A stretch of 57,749 nt of DNA, filler included, from Sphacelaria rigidula (lineage: Eukaryota): the NCBI GenBank assembly GCA_964200075.2. It is 9 parts of 9 records of this genome, joined end to end, with 100 filler letters (N's around TTAATTAATTAA, not from the genome) between each part and the next. Parts side by side here need not be neighbours in the genome. Positions count along the whole stretch, not along the records: positions 38,569 to 44,895 come from CAXNAA020020754.1; positions 44,996 to 51,322 come from CAXNAA020020755.1; 7 more parts are not named here. The stretch is one strand, 5' to 3'. The position numbers and the translations under genes are program-made. The notes beneath the pieces are model-generated. The model saw only the letters and a program-made list of their open reading frames with translations, ran no database searches and was not told where the DNA came from. Positions 38,569 through 50,740 of the stretch are shown piece after piece (the stretch's first letter is position 1; each line of letters begins with the position of its first letter).

Positions 38569-38640
38569 TGATGCGCCCACATATACCGAAAGGTGTAGAC
38601 TGGTGCCCAGATTAAATGGGACGACAACACACACACACAC
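38569..38640 (+). mobile_element. SINE 3' end with (CA)n tail at contig start
   Basis: ACCGAAAGGTGTAGACTGGTGCCCAGATTAAATGGGACGACAACACACAC. Confidence 0.8.
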
Positions 38641-40117
38641 CGCTAGGCTAGGCAACCTGTTAAATCGGCATCATCACATATTATTTTCAAGTGTGAATGA
38701 TGTCGATTTAAAGATCACCTACCCTTGTAGTCAAACGTCAACCCCTAGCCAGCGAGAAAGGACATGTGCTGAATCGGTATCAGTTTCACATAAAAAAAGT
38801 ATGCATGGTCTAGATGGACTACCCTCACCGTCGAAGGATTAAATATGTCTATCCATCGCGATGCAAAGAGCTGCCCGGCCGCTTGTCCCCTCACCAAAAT
38901 CCTCACCGTCCACCAAAAAACAGCAATGCAGGCAAAAACAAAGCAAAAGACGATATCACAGCGAAGCCAACCCAAATATGTAAAAGGTGTAGGTAGAATT
39001 GGCATCATGTCATTCGGGAACGGCTGCCCAACTAACGAGGTGGTCATCTGATGGTGCTTACCCGAGAAGTCCGTAAATAATCCAGCCGCCTTGGCAGTCA
39101 AATGGTCGATTTGTCTCCCGCCCCTCAGGTGATGAGCATTCCGATGTATAGTCATGATCACAAAATATTCCAGGGCAATGACAACTGATGAGTAACGCTG
39201 GAGAAAACCATATGGCATTCTCCCAACATCAACAACAACATGTCACAAAGCCTGCACCTTCTACGGGTCGTACAACATGTTCGGGTGCTCAAGGGGTCAA
39301 AGGGTCAACATACAGATTGTTGTCTCTACATTGTCTCTACATTTTAAAAAAAATTCCGATATATGCGCGGTACATTCATACTGGGCATCTCGATGATACG
39401 CTTTTTTTTTTTCGTGCCCTCGGCTGGTTATTGTAAAATCAATTAAATAAGTCGTACTGCCCACTCCTCGGTTTGCGCAGCAAAACCTCGATTTACGATG
39501 GTTGGGTAACATCTTGTCGGTATCTTTTTTCAGGCTAGACGGGCTACATCTGAAAAACAAAGCTATGTGGGTAGCGTCCTGTCCATACGCACCCAAAGCA
39601 GATCCAAACGAACGAAGTATTCAAATGCTCTTATTATGTGTCGGGGACAAAGTGGTGTGGCTTCTTCATGCCGGACCGTCGTGAGGCGCCAGACGCGTGC
39701 GACACAGGGGGTCTCGACGTGTGGAGGATGGAAGATCAAGTGTGGGTGAATCGCCGAAAAAAGGATTACGCCGCTGTTTGTGGAGGGTGTTCTTGTACTT
39801 GATATGCACCGCGAATAGTCGCGTGTATCAAAAAGCACACCATGGTGAAGGCATACACAGGAGGTATTGAAGTGATGCGAGAAAAGGGTGTTTGAGCTAT
39901 ACCTAATATCATAGTATTTGCGTATAACCGAACGCATGCAACCCCATCCCCGCAAGATGCCGCTTCTCCCTTCATTTTCTACAGGCTGACCGTTCGTCGA
40001 AGAAGAGGCGAGAATCATTTTTTACTCGCGGAGTGTTCCTTAGTCAAGCCCGAGGTGGCCGGTGTCCCGGTATTTCTCCTGTCGTTTGCAAGCGTTGAAA
40101 AATGAAAAATCATGCGC

Positions 40118-40340
40118 CCACTCGACTTGACGGTCGACGAGGGAACGGAACTGCTGAACCCCTCTCGCGAAAAAGAAATACGACAAGCAGAGGAAAGGTT
40201 GAGAACGAAAGCAAGAGACAAGAGTAAAAACTCCTGTGTTGGCTTTCCACCTGCTGTGTGACCCCGGCTGATGCTCCCTCCATTACCGAAAGGTGTAGAC
40301 TGGTGTTCAGAATAGATGGGATAGCAACACACAGCACACA
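40118..40340 (+). mobile_element. 5'-truncated SINE body and tail
   Basis: ACTTGACGGTCGACGAGGGAA...TGTGTGACCCCGGCTG...ACCGAAAGGTGTAGACTGGTG...GCAACACACAGCACAC aligns with the reverse complements of 21225-21420 and 27768-27882. Confidence 0.8.
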
Positions 40341-40368
40341 TCCCCCGCGAAACCCCCGAGGTCGTTAA

Positions 40369-40470
40369 CCCTTTGACCGCAAGGGTAATTTACCTGCTTA
40401 ATCGGCATCAATATTCACTTGCAAAAAGTATGCATGGTCCAGATAGACTACCCGCATTGCGGTCTACGGG
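40369..40470 (+). mobile_element. Solo ~100-bp piggyBac-like MITE (another at about 38742-38838; fragment near 44250-44300)
   Basis: TTAA-CCCTTTGACCGC...AATCGGCATCAATATTCACTTG...GACTACCC...GCGGTCTACGGG-TTGA is the same unit as in the 41810 array. Confidence 0.75.
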
Positions 40471-41033
40471 TTGAGTGGCTGATGCTTCCCGACTATCTCT
40501 ATGCCGCCGTTTTATTGGGGTCTCCTCACCCTTTACCGGCCGGGGTCCCAAGAAACCGGTAGAACCAGGGCGAGATTTCAAACTATCAGTCAGTGATGAC
40601 TCTAGCTTGCTTCAGGAACACGCACATGAAGTTTCGTTTCCTAACCCTCAACACATCCGGCTGTAGGGGATTCTTCCGCGCGGATCAGTGACGTTGCAGC
40701 CGAAACCTTAAACCACTAGGTGTTGGTTTTGGTTGGTAGAAACTTGTTGACTCTGCCGGGGGTGCGAAGGAAATGTCCAGAGACCTGCTTCAATAGTCAT
40801 CTTGTTTCCATATTTCCGCACAATGACAACGGGGAGCGAGCAAGAGGGGGACGGGAGAGAGGAAAGGGTGTAGCGTACCGTCAGTTGCACAGATAAAACC
40901 CGGCGGACCAGCTCGACCTCGCTCGTTGCCGACCAGCCTACCGTAATACAAGAACACCCACACGCGTTTTCCGTTACCTTGATTGTACGTACGTGTTGCA
41001 CTGTGCCGTGTGCTAGTAACAAGCAGCAGCATC

Positions 41034-41630
41034 ATGGTTGGAGGGTTCAGTGTTGCTTCGCATCTGCGCCGCATGAGGAACACCCGTGGAAGTCTCGTGT
41101 CGAAAATTCGCTCAAAGCTTTTCAGCCGTCCCGGTGGGCGCCGACAGCAACAAACTCGCGACAAGAGTACACGGAAGACACGAATACGTCCGGGAATGTT
41201 AAGCAACCGGCTCGTGTGCAGCTGGCTGGGCGACGTCGCGGGCCCGGTCACACCGGCTGTGACGCCGGATGCAGTGGTGGCTCACAAGCATGCCTTCGCG
41301 GACGACTTTCTCCCATCGTCACCGCTACAAGGGCAGCAGCAGGAACAAGAGCAGCAGCAAGAACACGGGAGCAAAAGCGTGCCGGCAAAAGAGACAAAGC
41401 TTTGTAGCGTCGAGAGCCACATACCCCCTTCCACCAAAAATACCTCGTTGAATGCAACGGAACAATGGGTTTGGAGTAGAGAGGACGCCGTAAGGACCCA
41501 GGAGGAAAAACAAGCTGATATCGATTGGGTTGCACCACCCTCGCCACACAGAGTGGAGCTTGGAATGGGTGCAGGAGCTGAGGATACCGTCATTGACGCC
41601 CGGACCGTATCTTTCAACAACGTTGTCAAG
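41034..41630 (+). CDS. Probable first coding exon of an unknown low-complexity protein ending in an RVxF-like motif (RTVSFNNVVK)
   Basis: 199 open codons from ATG 41034 to a strong AAG|GTAAGA donor at 41631, with a Q/E-rich tract. No recognisable domain. Confidence 0.5.
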
Positions 41631-41809
41631 GTAAGATACCGCACCCACCCACCGGTTTTTACATGCGCACAAGTGTAGTTTGAAAAATCAAATATCGGAT
41701 CTTGGACGGGTTTCATTGGTGTACATGGGAACTTCCGGTGCTCGTTGCGCATCACGCTGCTTCGTTTGAACTCATAGACCGCCGGGGTAGGCCATCTGGG
41801 TCTTTTTAA

Positions 41810-42437
41810 CCCTTAGACAGCGAGAGTAGGTCATTTGTTGAATCGGCATCAATTTCGCTTGAAAGAAGTATGCATGATCCAGATGGACTACCCTCGCGGT
41901 CTGAGGGTTAACCCTTTGACGGCGAGAGTCGGTCATCTGTTGAATCGGCATCAACTTCACTTGAAAAAGGTATGCGTGGTCCAGATGGACTACCTTCGCG
42001 GTCTAGGGTTAACCCTTGGACGACGAGAGTAGGTCTTTCGTTGAATCGGCATCAACTTCACTTGAAAGTAAAATATGCGTAGCTCAGATGGACTGTCCTC
42101 GCGGTCTAAATTTTAACCCCTAGACCACGGTACGGGTAGTCCATCTGAATCACCCGTTATTTTCTCAAGTAAATATTGATGCTGATTCAGCAGGTGACCT
42201 ACCCTCGCGGTCTGAGGGTTAACCCCTGGACAGCGAGATTAGTCTTTCTCGATCATGCATACTTTTTCTCACTTGAAATTGATGCCGATTCAACAGAAGA
42301 TTACTGGTAACCTCGCGGTCTAAGGATTAACCCTCTGGCCGCGAGGGTAGGTCACCTGCTGAATCGGCATCAATATTCACTTGGAAAAATTAAAAAATTA
42401 TGCGTGAGCCAGATGGACTATCCGCACGGCGGTTTAA
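41810..42437. mobile_element. Chain of six ~100-bp piggyBac-like MITEs joined at TTAA sites
   Basis: Units are 41810-41907, 41912-42008, 42013-42112, 42117-42218, 42223-42326 and 42331 to ~42437. Consensus is CCC..GAC.GCGAG.GTAG ... CTACCCTCGCGGTCT.AGGG, and neighbours are separated by TTAA. Units 4 and 5 are inverted (TTGATGC(C/T)GATTCA vs TGAATCGGCATCAA). Confidence 0.85.
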
Positions 42438-45400
42438 AATCCTTACGATCGTAATGCAAGTGGAAATGATGCCGATCCCACATATGACTCACCCTGCCAG
42501 TCACGGGTCAGCACGAGGAGGGCTGTATTGTTGCACTTTGCGCGTGTCCCACAAAATGGGCGCGACCCATTTGCAGGTGGGGTATGCAAATAAGAGCGTA
42601 CAGGTCGCGAACGCCTCCAAAACCAACCCAAGATGACCCCAACTTCAAATCGAAATGCTGGGCATACGAAACAACGGTCAGTCGCACTTCACAGCAGTCC
42701 AAAGCAGGGTAGTAAAGAAAACATCTTGTCGTAGAGCAGGAGACCACACACGCCTGCAGCAATGAGCTCTCCGCTCGATATTGACGAGCAAACAGTCGTT
42801 TTGTGTTCTTGGCCAGCCAAGCACCGCGCATCCTCGGTTGTATGGATGGTCTAACAACACGGACTGTGTACAGTATCCATCAGCTGCTTGCCATCGAGAA
42901 TACCGCCATATCATACTGTTGTTGCACTGCTGTCGTACAAGACAACACGCTGTCTGTACACTGTATCTGTGAACTGTGCAGGCTATCCAATTGGCAGCAC
43001 GAGTAGTGGGTGTATTCCTGTATCGCACCACTTGTCAACTGCGTTCAGAGCACTATAGGCCCTGTACAGTAGTACTCCTAGCAACTATAAACTATAAACT
43101 TTTTGTTATTCAAAAACTTGGCTTGAAGAAGTGCCCCAAGAAAAAACGATTGATTTTACGATTCCCAGTCATATGGAGCAAAGAACTCATAGCCGCCTAC
43201 GCTTACAGCATCCTGCCCTACAACAAGAGAAATATGATCGATGTTACAGCCCTGCTGTGCGCTATTGTACTGTGGAGCATGCCTGTTGCTTCGTGTGCTC
43301 ATCAGAATTTGAAATTGGGTTTGTCGTGAAATTGGTTCTGGAGGCGTTCCCGGCCTGTACGCTCTTATTTACACCCCCACCTGCAAATAGGTCGCGCCTC
43401 TCTTTCTACTTGATGGCAAAGCAAGGTATCCTGACCTTCTGTACAAAGGCATACGTGTCTTGAAGCATGACGCGATATTTTCTCGCCGCACTCCTACCCC
43501 TACAGCACCCTGAGTCATGTGCGTTGTTGAACTTGCGCAGGTGTCGAGACCTCACGCCTTACCCCGCACCGGTGGAATATGGTGGTATGATAGTGAAATA
43601 TGAAGTGTTGGTGAATATATTTTCGTCCTGTGTGAAGCATTTTACACGGTAGGGTAACCGTATTTGATTGAGTTACGATAGCGTGCGTTGAGTGGCTGTG
43701 CTCGGGAGAGCTTGACAGAGAAACAAGTGTGAAATATCACGAGAGTGGGACTGGAGGCGAGGGGTTAGCCTCGCATATCGTTTCTAACAAAAGGGAAAGG
43801 CCATAAGTCAATATGGCTTTGTGTGAGTACCAGGGTAGTACACAAGTCTTCCACGTGTCTACAACCGCCCCTCCGTTCCAGAAATGTTCATATCTCCGGC
43901 ATCGCTCCGGGAACGTTCTCAGGAACACTAGTCTATCCCGTCCGGGTCATTGTCTTCCCGTCCCCGGAGTAATAGTCATACTCCAACTCGAGACGGCACC
44001 GATCCCGGTGCTCTCTCGAGACACTTCTTCTCTCGACCCTGGAGTTTCCCTCCACACAAGAAGGAACTATCTAGGCACGTCCCACGGCCAAGTCCGTGGC
44101 TCCTGAGAGTACGACTTCCACAGCTAGGGGTAGTAGCCTTATTTGTGGTGCTGTGTACGTTGGTTGGACTTGACCTCGGGGCGTAGATACAGTTCCGTGG
44201 ACTCCAAGGCTTAGCCTTTCGACCGCGCGAGCATAGTTCATGTGTTATTTCAGCATTAATTTCACTTGAAAATTTTGACCTACCCTCGCGATCAATGGAT
44301 TGAGGACATCTCTCCGACAACCGTCTAGACGATAACCTGAGAGACCTTCGTCGTGGCTGGACGTTTCCTATGGATAAAACCAGGAGTCGCGGCAAGTTCC
44401 CGTACAGAAGCGATGCCATGTGATCAGGTTGCGACTTGGCGATCTGGGCATCACCCTATTTGAGCAGGAGTTCCAACCATCACTTCCAAAGGATCGAGAG
44501 ACGGTTCAGGAGTATGAAGAAAGCATATTGTATCGGTAGTGTACCCCAAACGTTTCTGCTTCAAAAACGGAAAAGATTTGACGGTTTTGACACCAAAATG
44601 GGTGTTGCTTGTTCTATAATATGCTGTGTGCAGCTGTCCTCCAAGTATGTACTATCTGATCGGAAGAATTTGTTTTGGGCCCCCTCTCCGACGAATTCTC
44701 CGAAAACAGTCTACTTCTCAATGTTCTCGACGAGATGGACAGAAAAAGCACCCACCTGGAAAAAGACTCTAAACTCCGAAGACATAGTTTCAACATTATT
44801 ATCTGTCACCTCCCCCCCCCCTCGGTGCTCCGTCTTGAAAGGGGTGCGTGGTCAATGGTCAAACTACTGTGGCAAGCAACAAATGAATACGCCCCNNNNN
44901 NNNNNNNNNNNNNNNNNNNNNNNNNNNNNNNNNNNNNNNTTAATTAATTAANNNNNNNNNNNNNNNNNNNNNNNNNNNNNNNNNNNNNNNNNNNNAACAA
45001 CTTTGCTGTGGATCAGTAATGCTCATCCATCCTGCCTGACACCGTTTGGAACCAAATACAAGCGCAACGCAAGTGTGGAAGGATGTCTGACACACTCAAC
45101 CTTTTTTTTTCGTGCAACCAAATACCCCCCCCCCCTATCGTAGGATGACTCGACAGTTTCGTTATAGTATCCTAGATCTCACCTTTACCATGATGAAATC
45201 ACACGATTAACACCCTCCCTGATTTTGCACACTGGGAAATCAAACCCATGTCGAAAGTTCGAATCAACACACAAAAGAACAATTCAGACCACTTCGACCA
45301 AAAACCATTTCCTGTTCCCGAAGAACCGCAAATCACACCCAAGCCATGACCGTAATATAGTTTGGTCTTGACTATGACATGAGCCTCGTGGGAATGCACT

Positions 45401-45532
45401 TTGCTCCTAATGAGACACACTCAGCTACAACCTCGCGGCCGCACCTCACTCCAAACGTTCATAGCTTGACGTAGAAAAGACACGGTCCAAGACTATAAAC
45501 CGGTCTCACTTCAACTTTTAAGATTGTCGAAG

Positions 45533-46930
45533 TCACTTGATGTTCATCAGAACATTCTTGTGGTACCTGAATCTACCAACAGGCAAAGGGTTCGTCAAAA
45601 CGTCTGCGTGCTGCTGAGGAGACATGACGTACTCCACTCTAATGATTTGTTCAGACACCAATTCCCTCAGAAAATGATGACGCACATCAATGTGCTTGCT
45701 GTTGTGGGAGCTTCGCAGATTTTTCGCGAGTTGAATCGCCCCCTGGTTGTCCTCATACACCGTCAGTGGCATACAAAATTTCTCCCTTTGCGGCTGCTTA
45801 AATTTCAGCACCGCCTTCGCGAACAAAGTATCCTTCACTACGTCGCCCATCGTTACTTATTCAGCCTGACTAGAAGAGAGAGTTATATTCTTTCGAGTGC
45901 GAGAGAAAAATCCTACAACAACCCCGCAAAAAAATATCGCCCCTCCCGATACTGAACGCCGATCATCGAATTCCGCACAGTCTGCATCCGCATACGCCAC
46001 CAACTCGTCACTCGAACCCCTAGCATATGTGATTCCCAAGTCTACTGTTGTCTTGAGGTACTCGAAAATCCGCAACACTTCGCGCCAGTCCTCAGGCGTC
46101 GGGTTTTCGTTTTGGTGGGATGCAGCTCTCACGGCGACAGAGATGTCCGGGTGGGTGTTGATGGAGAGCCACATCAAAGATCCCACCGCTTGACGGTACC
46201 TCCCCTCGAAATCCTCTCCTTCATTCACCTTGAAGTCACAAAAAACAAACGCAGGGGTTGCAGCGGTCCTTTTGATCGAAAATCTTCCAAGAATCCGCTG
46301 AGTATACGCAGTCTGAGACAATTTGAGGGTCCGTTTCGCGAGATCGTGTTTGTACTCACATCCTGCGTACCAGAGCAGCTCACCAAGGTCCTTCGTTGGA
46401 AAATGTGCGTTGAGATCCTCTGCCATCACGTTGCACACAGACTCAGCACCCACAACGAAGATGTCATCGACGTGGATCACAATCAGAACTTTGACCTCCC
46501 CGCCGTCTATCAGCCTGAACACGCACGGATCTACCAAACTCTGTCCGAAACCCAGACCTTTTAGAGTTTCCCCCAGTTTCCCGTACCTCTCTCTAGCAGT
46601 TTGCTTCAAGCCATAAAGCGTCTTTTGTAGATGCACGACAGTGCCAGATCGTTTACCCGAACCTGGCGGTAGCCTCATGTACACATCATCCTCTAGTTCC
46701 GACTGAACACAAGCTTGCTCAACGTCAAAATGAAAAATCGTCCTTCCCTTTGCGCAAGCTACCGCTGCAGCTACTCGGTTAGTCGTAGTGGGTGGGATTG
46801 GTGAGAATGTCGGAATGTCGCCAATTTTTTGCCGATCACCCCTAAAGACCAGTCGAGCGTTAGCCTTCATCACGTAACCACGTTCATCGGATTTCCACTG
46901 AAAAACCCACTTCGAATCGATTGTTTTCTT
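45533..46930 (-). pseudogene. pol: copia reverse transcriptase and RNase H (in-frame stop at 45857)
   Basis: SKWVF, ARLVFRG, FDVEQA, LYGLKQ, VIHVDDI, YRQAVGSLMWL, AYADAD, SSSQAE*, VYEDNQGAI, SKHIDVRHHFLRE and QHADVLTNPL. Confidence 0.96.
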
Positions 46931-47704
46931 TCCATACAGGGGTGAGTCAATTACGGTCTACGTGTTATTGCGTTCTAGCCCCTCTACTTCCTTGTTCATG
47001 TCGTCCAACCTAACACTCTCGTGCTTCGAACTGTACACATCCTTCACAGACTTGGGGGCTGACTCAATCTCATCAAGAGTCACGTATGGGATCAACTCCA
47101 TCCCAGACTCCTCTGAGTGTCTTGGGTGCTCCGTGCTTGCCAGCTGAGCTAGGATTTGTTCCGTAGCTCACAAATCCCCTGTAGCTGTCCACAACGCAGT
47201 ATGATCACCGTCATGCTCCCGCAGGTCTGGGACCTGCTGTTGAAGTCGCTGCTCCTGACGCTGCTGCAGCAAGGCTCGTGTCTATTGCCTTGTCCGGTCA
47301 AGTGACGGCTCAACCGATTCAGGTTGATTCGCGGCATCCCCGCCGCCGCCGATAGAAGATGTCCCCGAAAGATCATCATCAGAGGATGAAGACGAAGCAG
47401 ACGGCTGCTTGCCAGACTCTTCGTCGTTGTTGCCGCCTCGCTCCTCCTCAGGTTCCACCATCCCATCAGGTTGCTCTGACAAAGCACCACCCGGAACCCC
47501 CCCACCCGTGTCGAGATCCAACTCGTCAGAGTCAGAATCAGAGCTCTCGACATCGCCCTCCCCGCTCTCCACATCCTGTGAGTTTTCCCCTTCCGACATA
47601 GAAAACGGAACCGCTTGCTGCGATAATGGGAGGGGGTGAGTGCTGCCAAGTAACATCGCGAGTAGTGAATACATATCTGCCTTTCGTCTGCATTTCTCAT
47701 GGTA

Positions 47705-48985
47705 TCACGGAGGGTAGTTGTAGTCAGGCCCCACGTAAAAACACTCCTGTGCTTTCGGCATACACTTCGACGTCCTCTTATACCTACAGTATCTTGGCTT
47801 GAAGAAAGAGAGAAGCTTGGCTTCAGGCACTCCACCGCAAAACACCCCATCTGGGAACTTCTTCCCAGGGTTAACAGTGGTAGCAGAACGGTTCAACGCA
47901 TCTGCTGCCCAACGATACGACTCAGCCCACATCCTTGCTGGAACATCCACGCCATACAGTACCTTTGCCTGAATCCTAGCTACCATAGCGGCTTTCTCAA
48001 TCATCGCGATTGCCCGTTGGGCAACACCATTGTACTCGGGACTGTCTGTTGGGGTGTTCTCTTGCCTTATGCCACGCTCACGACACAGATCACTGAAATA
48101 ACCTGAAAACTCTCCACCACCGTCAGATCTTACGGTCTGTACAAGTAAGGGAATGCATTGTGCTCCTACATCAGCCAGGTATTGCTTAAGCGCCATCGTG
48201 GTGTCAGACTTATGTTTACCGAAATGCATCCAGATTTTCCGGGTGAAATCATCCCGGATGAGAAAAGAGTACTTCATGCCACCTGCATTCTCGACCAAAT
48301 TCGGGCCAGACGCATCCATGAACACACGCACAAAAGGCTTAGCTGCACGCGTAGTGGTGGACTTAGGGATGAGTTTCCGCAACCCCTTCGCCACTGAGCA
48401 GCCTTTGCATTCGTGCAACTTGCCCACCAGTATCACCCCCAGCTGTTTCGCCGTTTCTCGTAACAAACCCTCGTGCAGGTGCTCGTGTGACTGGTGAAAA
48501 ACAAATTGTCCATCTGATTACGGCCAACAGGCATCTTGCCCGGGGCAAGGACAGCTCGCGCGGATTCATCGGGGTCAGACTGATGGGCTTTCGCCGAACA
48601 AGTGGATAGCAGGCTACGGCGGGTTGCAGTCACGACGTCGTTCCTGCCATCCTCCTCAAAAAGCAGTTTCTTCCCACTTGGCATCGTGATTTCAGTGCCC
48701 TCTCTCGAAAGACTAATCGGCAAACCATGCTCAACCACTACACTCTGCAGGGAAAAAAGGTTCACGTCCAAATCAGGCACATGTGCCACGCGCTTGATAC
48801 TGAATGTTAACTTGTCTTCGCCACTACCTGTCGACAACAAGATTTTTCCAAAGCCTAAAATCGGCGTCTTTTGACTGTTAGCCACCGTCACCGCACGATC
48901 AGAGCAAGGCTTATAGTCATGCATGCAGTCACGTGAAGGGGTCATATGACATGTTGCAGCACTGTCTGCAATCTAAATCTCTTGC
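47705..48985 (-). pseudogene. pol: copia protease and integrase (disrupted)
   Basis: EI*IADSAATCHMTP (W changed to stop), HVPDLDVNLFS, CKGCSVAK, VFMDASGP, VRSDGGGEF and PEYNGVAQR (the usual catalytic E of NGVAER is Q). Confidence 0.92.
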
Positions 48986-49119
48986 CCCCCGTCATCAATA
49001 ACTGGGCAGTTCCCTCGTGTACCACCCGCTGCAGACGCGGTTTCGTCAGTCTCAATTATTATGGAACCAAAGTCTACTGAGTTCTTAAAAGAGTCAGACG
49101 TGCACTTTGCGACTATTTT

Positions 49120-50455
49120 GTGGAACTCTTTTTAATGTAATTTTCCTCCGCACACCTCGCAAACACTTTCTGGGCACTCAGACTTAAAATGGCCATTTGT
49201 GCCGCACTCGTAACAGGTGAGATTTTTCTTATCTACGGCTTCCTTCTTACCCGAGGAACTACCGTCACGCCCCGTTTTTCCATCTGGCTGTGCATTTCCA
49301 TCACTTGATCCAGCCGCGGATTTCTACGACTTCCCGCCCCCTTTTTTCTTAATCCTGTGGCCGGAACCCTTATTGCGTGCATACAAGGCACGGTCGAGAT
49401 CACTACCACGCGAAGTACCGGTTTTCTTCAGGGACAGAAATTCATCCTTTGCAACGGTTCGGGTCTTGTCAGTCAACAGTGATGGTTCGAAACGCAACTG
49501 ATCTCGAATCGTGGTGTACTCAGCGGGGAGTGAATTCAGGAATTTATCCGCTATCATCTCACGGGGAATCTCCAATCCCAACGTTACAGAGCGCGAGTGC
49601 ACTGACTGTCGTTGGATCTAAAACTCATCTGTATCCTGCCCTCTTTTGTACTTCAGATTGTTGAACTCGTCGAAGACATGCATCCTAGCTCCCGAGGGTT
49701 TGGGAGAGAATTGTTCGTCCAATGCACGCCATGCTATGGACGGTGATCGCGAATCCACAAGGATATGTCTCGCGACCGGATCCTTGACAGTGTTGAGAAG
49801 AAAAATATACGCAAAGCGAGCTCGCTTCATATCGTCCTGACTGACACCCAACCCTAACATTTCGGTTCATTTAGACGATCAACACAAAGCGGTGGGTCGC
49901 GAAACAATCCATCTCCGAAACTCCATATTATATGAACGCATATCGCTCTACATCACACTGAAAAGTCTTTCATCTATGACTTTTGTTACTCGTAAACTTT
50001 GTGATATCCATCGCTTTCAAAGTCCTAGAACCCACACTCATTACTAACGACGCTTATTGTGCACTTCCTCGGTTTTGCAAACTGCTATCAACATCTCGCA
50101 TACCCCCTGTACTGGGAAAATCAAGACCAGACATCATTCCCAACGATGTGCCAGGGGCATAGGTACCTGTTGTGCCCCTGGACGGTGCTCCAGCCCCCGC
50201 CCCTAGTGGACCCAATCCCAGACCGACCGACCCGGTGAGTGTTGTGTCAGCCCCAGACTCTCTCGTGGCTGCTCCTTCTTGGGCTTCCTGCTGAGGCGGC
50301 TCTGTCCCCCCAGCTGTAGAAACCCCCCTAGTTCGAGACGCTTTCCATTTTTGAAAGCTGTGGTAGCCCTCTGGTATTACCACCAACGCCTGAGGTGGAG
50401 CCTCCAGCTTCTCCAGCTTCTCCACCACACTCCACTCTTCTCCTGTACCGCCCAT
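49120..50455 (-). pseudogene. gag: copia gag (disrupted), with zinc knuckle CYECGTNGHFKSEC and a broken second knuckle
   Basis: Gag/UBN2-like segments SPSIAWRALDEQF and KFLNSLPAEYTTIRDQL, and a CX2CX4HX4C at about 49174-49215. The region is split over several ORFs; the 5' limit is uncertain. Confidence 0.8.
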
Positions 50456-50576
50456 GATACAGCCTTATCTAACGTAATTACTTTACTCTTGTTCCAAGGA
50501 ATACGCTATAATAGCGTGTTCGGTAGAGTCTAGAGTTATACACACGTGAACAAATAGCACCCTGTGGGGCACGTCT

Positions 50577-50740
50577 ACAGGGTTCAGGGAAACTGTACAG
50601 TGTTTCTCGCGGGGATCTGTCTGTAGTTTGTTTTTGCGCCCCACAGGACGCTTCACAGGGTTCAGGGAAACTATGCAGGGTTTCTCGCGGGGATTTGACT
50701 GTAGGGTATTATTTTGTGCCACACAGGGTGCTTCGCAGGA
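50577..50740. repeat. 79-bp tandem repeat (about 2 copies) upstream of copia gag
   Basis: ACAGGGTTCAGGGAAACT...TTTCTCGCGGGGAT occurs at 50577 and 50656. Confidence 0.85.

Larger units (their letters stand above)
45533..50455 (-). mobile_element. Degenerate Ty1/copia LTR retrotransposon internal region (gag-PR-IN-RT-RNase H)
   Basis: Domain order is copia-type. Multiple stops and frameshifts; no LTR pair is recognisable within the contig. Confidence 0.97.

Noticed and set aside
44996..45150. 3' LTR of the copia element after a G-rich tract
   Set aside because: No matching sequence upstream of gag (50460-51260), no TG start, and the G-tract motif also occurs in an unrelated contig.
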